Of a stretch of 64,000 bases of DNA, positions 50,454 through 64,000 are shown in pieces. A program made the translations under genes and the position numbers. Source of the DNA: Sminthopsis crassicaudata (lineage: Eukaryota); the NCBI RefSeq assembly GCF_048593235.1, contig NC_133620.1, positions 443,267,261-443,331,260 of the forward strand. The letters are read 5' to 3'. Within the stretch, counting starts at the first letter, position 1, and each line of letters begins with the position of its first letter. The notes beneath the pieces were generated by a model, which saw nothing but the letters and a program-made list of their open reading frames with translations, was not told the origin of the DNA and searched no databases.

Positions 50454-52730
50454 CTAGGATGGAGAAAAATGCTGCTTTGAGCTCCAGAGGGTGCACTTGC
50501 TCTGCTCTGTAGCCTCGGAGACCTAAGAGTCACAAGGGCTGGCTTCTTGTTCCTGCTAGTTACTAGCCTTGTGACTTGTAGTCAGTCACTTTACATCCCC
50601 TCTAAATGCCCTATAATAATGCCTCCCTTCACAAGCTGCTTGTGAAAGTCAGACAGAATAGCAGCTGTGGAAGAGCTTCAGAAGTTGTAAAAACAATAAG
50701 CGTCATGGAAGGTGGTAGGATGGGGGCCGCTGGAATTCATTTCCCATTACTGCCACACTGCTCCCTGTGGCCTGGCTCAGGGTCTGGGGCCGTCTCTCTG
50801 GACTACGGAGATCCAATTTCCCCCGAGTAGTTGTGTGGATGGCGGCCAAACTGCACATTAACCGTGGCACTGAGTGGAGGAGGCAAGTATTGAGGGGTGG
50901 GGTAAAGAGCTTCCCTCCCCTTCTGCCCCCCCCCCCCATACACACAGAGAACCATTTGGAAGCTACATGCACCCTACAGGAGCTTTAGAAAGACATCCTC
51001 AACAGCATCTCCCCTTTTTTCTTATGGGGGAAATCATGTCACTATACATGGGAAGAAGGAATGTTGGTGCTTTCAGGCCCTTGAAATGCCTTAGGGGCAT
51101 CCTGCTCTCCTGCTTTAGCTTCCCAAGGGAGAAAAGTACCTGGACAGAGATAAAAGGATGCACAGAGAGATAGGGATGTGAGAGACCTCAGGAGCTGGGT
51201 CACTCGGCTGGCACAGCGGCTATTGAGCCAGCCTCGAATTGGCACTCTCCTACCCGCAAGCAGTCTGCAGAGCTGGCTCGCAGCAGGGCCTCGGGGACAC
51301 TCAGACAACTGTCACTACGAATGACACAGAGAAGGGTCAGGGATAGCAGGTGGAGAAATGAGGGTGGGATGAAGGAGGGGAAAAGGAACGATCCTTCCTC
51401 CCAGCTCTCTACCTTGAGTAAGAACCCTGGATCAGGAGCAAAAAAAGTGGCTAAAGTGACAAAGCCCCCAGGAGCTAGTAGAGGTGGGCTTCAAGTCATG
51501 GGCTACCCCAGCCCTGGCCCCTATTTTTGGTGCAAGTGCTATAAGGTATAGCTTCCCCAAACACCAACAAGGTCAGCTCTGTTGTGCCTTTTCTGTCATT
51601 TGGGAAGGGAGCTGAAGAGACAGCAACCCTCTCCGGCTTTTTCCTGCAGAAGGTAGCGGCTACACTAGACACTAAAACTCAGGTGCAATGAGATTTAAGA
51701 CATAGTGAGAGGGACGCAGGGAAACAATGGAAGCTGAAGCATCTTCGATACCCAGAGCTGGCTGGGCAGTAGCGAGATTAGCCTGACAGCTGAAGTGCTC
51801 CCAGGTTTGTTCATGGAGACCCAGGGAATCTGCTGAGTGAGCCTCCCCTACTCCAGCTATGCTTTCCACCCGGGAAATTCACCCTGAGGGGTAACAGCAA
51901 TCCCGATGCTGCAGTTCCTGCCCATCCTGATGCTGTACCCAGCAGAGCGCTTGCTCCTCCTAAATTTTTTCCTCATTCTCAGGTTGGGGAAGGGGGCAGA
52001 TTGGTGGGCAAAGAACAGAAATATTGAAGGATCTAGAGTGGACCTCTTGGTTTATTTATAAGGTATAAGAGCAAACTTTTCTCATGATCTCTCCATGGCT
52101 GCTGAACTGGCTTCTTGCCAGTTGGCAAAAGAGGAGGGAAAGGTACCAGTCCCACTCCTTTTTCCTCCTTAAATTGCAATAGAAGAAATGGGGGGTGGGT
52201 GGGAAATAGAGACACAGGAGGCAGTCAAAGCATTTGGAGAAAAGATAGGAAAAAATGATCTCTTCCTCTCGTTTAAAGAGATTCCTCCTTCCTAACCTCT
52301 ACGCTGCAGTCTTGAGGCAACATTTGATGCCAGCCCAAAGTATAATGTCCCCTCCTTCTAAAAGGACCCTAAAGCATCTATATTAGGGTATATGGGTAGG
52401 AAGGGTAAAAGGACAGAGATTTCAGGTACAAACAGGTCAGAATCACCCTTGCTTAGCTAAGTATTCCCCCTTTTCCCCCCAAAAAAAGAAACGGTCGGCC
52501 ACCCCCCCCTTCCCAGATTTCTTTTCCATAGGTATGAGGCACCAAGCGCCCTTTGAATCCTCCTGACAAATTCCTGCTAGTCATAATCCATCCTCTGCCA
52601 GCAACCAAAGAAGGGGTTGGGAAAGCTATCAGATACCTTTGGTCTATCATACTCTGAAAATGCCTGGAAGTGAGGAAAGCTACCTAAAGAGAATGAGGAG
52701 CAGGGCTGGGGCTGATTGGGAGGCACTTAC

Positions 52731-52950
52731 CAGGGAGATCCTGGGAGCTTCATCAGGTTGGGCACTGCATCCTGTCTGGGGTTGAGGAATGCTCCCATTC
52801 AGTCTGTGCCTTTGGACCCCTGGCACCTCTCTAGCAAACCTATTTTCCCTAAGGCTTGCCTGCCAGTCTCTGCTGCTGCCACCAAGGTAGAACTGGAAAG
52901 GGTTTCTCTCTTTTTCCCTTCTCTCTCTTTTTAAACCAAGTGAGAATGAG
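52731..52950 (-). other. Candidate LINGO4 first exon (5' boundary approximate)
   Basis: Consensus donor CTG|GTAAGT at 52730, about 2.9 kb upstream of the coding exon; AT-rich TATTTAT-like box near 52975-52989. Confidence 0.4.
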
Positions 52951-55076
52951 TCTGCAGCAAACCCGTTGGTGCAAAATAAATAAATAAAGTCTTAGGGGAG
53001 GGCTGCAGCAGGAGCCACTGATACAGGGCAGAGAGAACCAGGGAGCAAGAGAGCCTATAGGAGAGCACCAGGTCCAGGGGAGGACAGCTTTATGATTCAG
53101 GACTCTGGCACTTGGGAATAGCCATTAGATTGTAAGAGACAAAGGGTATTACAACTGAAAAGGACTTTAAAAATCATGCAGTCCAATCTTACGGATGAGG
53201 AAACAGCATCTCAATCTGAGTCACTTATGAATATTAAATAGAGCTGGAATCCAGAAATTATCTAGTCCAGCCATTGAATTTTATAAATGAAGAAACTGAG
53301 ACCCTTTCATTTTGCTTCTCAGTGAAGTGTTTCAATCCCAATAGCTAGGGGAGGATTGTATAATAAGGCCATTCCATTGATTTAGAGCAGGGACCTACTT
53401 TTAAAAGGGTGAGCACAGCTCCTTTGTTTTAGAGCTATGGAAGCTGAAGCCCAGACCCAGTAATTCATACTATAAAGTGCCTAAGGCAGGATTTGAACTA
53501 GCTTCCTCACTCTAAGACCAGTGCCCAAATCACTATGGTCCACTATGGTGAGTACCGGTTATGGTGCTGATAGTTTTGTCTGGAGCAGGAACGAAATCAA
53601 TCAGGTCATCTAGGTAACCTTGGCCAAGAGTAGCTCAAATATTCTTGATTTTCTTCGTGACACTGTTGTGTTTCCTGCTCTCTCTGCCCGCCCTCCCCAT
53701 CGCCTTTAAAATCACCTAATAAAGAATGACACAAATCTAGAATTGAGTTTTCCCTTGTTACCCTTCCCCAGAGAATGAAAGTAATGAGACTTTCAGCTTT
53801 CATCACACCAACCCCCTTCAACTGCCCTACATCACCAAGGGGAGGACAATAGCCATTTGTAAGGTTGGAAAAGGTCCGGGGGAAGGATAGGATTTTGGGG
53901 GGTATTTGAGGGCTGCCCCCCCATCTCTACTCCCCTCCACCGTTTCCCATTCTGTGATCCTGGAACGGACATTTCACAGAATGTATGATACTGTTCTTCT
54001 CCCCAGGACAAGGAGCAAGTCTGCTGGGTGGGGCGGGGGGGGGATCCTTTGAGGACATGGAGATGGTGTCATCTGCTTCAGCTGTCTCCTTGGTCTGTGC
54101 CCGACCGTTACTCATGTCGATGCCATGAGGTATGATGGCTAAGTGCTACTGACACCCTGCTGAGAGGTGGCAGCGTCCCAGCCCTACAGCAGGAGTGCCC
54201 AAGGACAGTAGAATCCAAAAGCCCCACATCATTCCTCCAGGATCCCTCAGGACAAGGGACTTCTTGAAGTACCACAGGGGCATACTGTGTATTTAGATAG
54301 GACCTTGTTTATACATCTTTAAGTGTTTTTCCTTTGTATGAACACTTTATAGTTTGTACTAATTCCTTTATCCCGTGTCTAAAGTGCATATGACTTTTGT
54401 TCTCACCCTCCCTTCATATTTATCAATCCAGTCTTGTTTCCCATCACCCCTACACATTGAACTCTTGCAGTTATTATCTCTAACCTCCTTTCTCCACCCC
54501 TACCCACATCATTAGCACTCCCAAGTCCCCTGAAAAGGCAGTGAAGAAATGTGGCCATTCATAAAATGAACAGTTCCTTTTGGGTTTGAACTCTGTTTTT
54601 GAGCTTGATCTAGCTTCCCCTGACCACAGCCCTCTGGGAAATGAAATGAGGTATTTCAAAAATTCCCCTCTTGGGTTCAGAGCTTAGAATCAGAGTTTGT
54701 TGAGTGTGGCCCCCCAGTTTCTCTGTTGCCGTCATTCCCCTCTCTCCCATATCCACTGCTTTGCTTCTCAGGTCTCAGGAGTTGAGAGGGATGGGGAAAA
54801 TTAAGCATCATAAAGTTGTGGCTGGAGAAATCCCAGCATTTCTTCCCTTTAGCCATCTCTACTACTGCCAGACTGGTCAGTAAGAATGAACCTGCTCCAG
54901 GGAATGAATTCAGTCAACTGGCCTGAATGGTAACTTACTCTGGGCCATTTCTGGAGGCCATGGAAAGGGGGATAGAGGAGAAGAAAGTGGATGATGGTTG
55001 GGCAATGGGGAGATGGTGGTGGAGGGCTTGAGCTTAGGACAGCAGGCTGTGGTAGGGAGGGAATTGGCCATTCAAC

Positions 55077-63703
<8,627 letters not shown>

Positions 63704-64000
63704 TCACTGGCTTATTCAATCTGGGTTCTGAGTATTCAGTTTCACCCTCAAAATTTGGAGGGAAGCTGGGATCCCTGAAGGAAGAGAAATACTTTTTTGG
63801 GGGGGCTGGGGAGAAGGCAGGGAAGTCAGGGAAATGGCATCAGCTCTGTGGGGTGGCAAAGGCAGCAGATGCACAGAGAGACCACCTGTTCTCCCACCCC
63901 CTCCCTTCCCCTTTCGTCACAGAGACTCTTTATACTTCCCTCCCGCCTCGGGACCCCCGAGTCCCTGCTGCCTCGAAGCACCTGCTTCCCGCCTAAGGAA

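Overview
Eukaryotic genomic DNA, not prokaryotic. It is probably from a dasyurid marsupial (inferred from WSINE1-type SINEs, marsupial L1 ends and an OC1-like hAT MITE) and contains two N-gaps. The window carries the conserved mammalian block MRPL9(-) / OAZ3(+) / TDRKH(-) / LINGO4(-) / RORC(-, 5' exons beyond the right edge). I rebuilt the exons by hand from GT-AG boundaries, phase arithmetic and recalled human protein sequences: MRPL9 7 exons, 244 aa; OAZ3 5 exons with the antizyme +1 frameshift site TCC-TGA; TDRKH 12 coding exons, 569 aa; LINGO4 one coding exon, 593 aa; RORC 9 exons in the window. Most short ORFs in the supplied track are non-coding or repeat-derived. Most notable observations: (1) the CUG-initiated N-terminal extension of OAZ3 keeps its length and frame but is cut by an in-frame TAA; (2) candidate upstream LINGO4 exons that splice in frame and add an N-terminal extension; (3) a 44-bp minisatellite with no stop codon in any minus-strand frame; (4) an OC1-like hAT MITE with TIRs and an 8-bp TSD; (5) eight CCAAT boxes in the TDRKH promoter; (6) a tandem splice donor in TDRKH. 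No database search was run; homology calls rest on recalled sequences.
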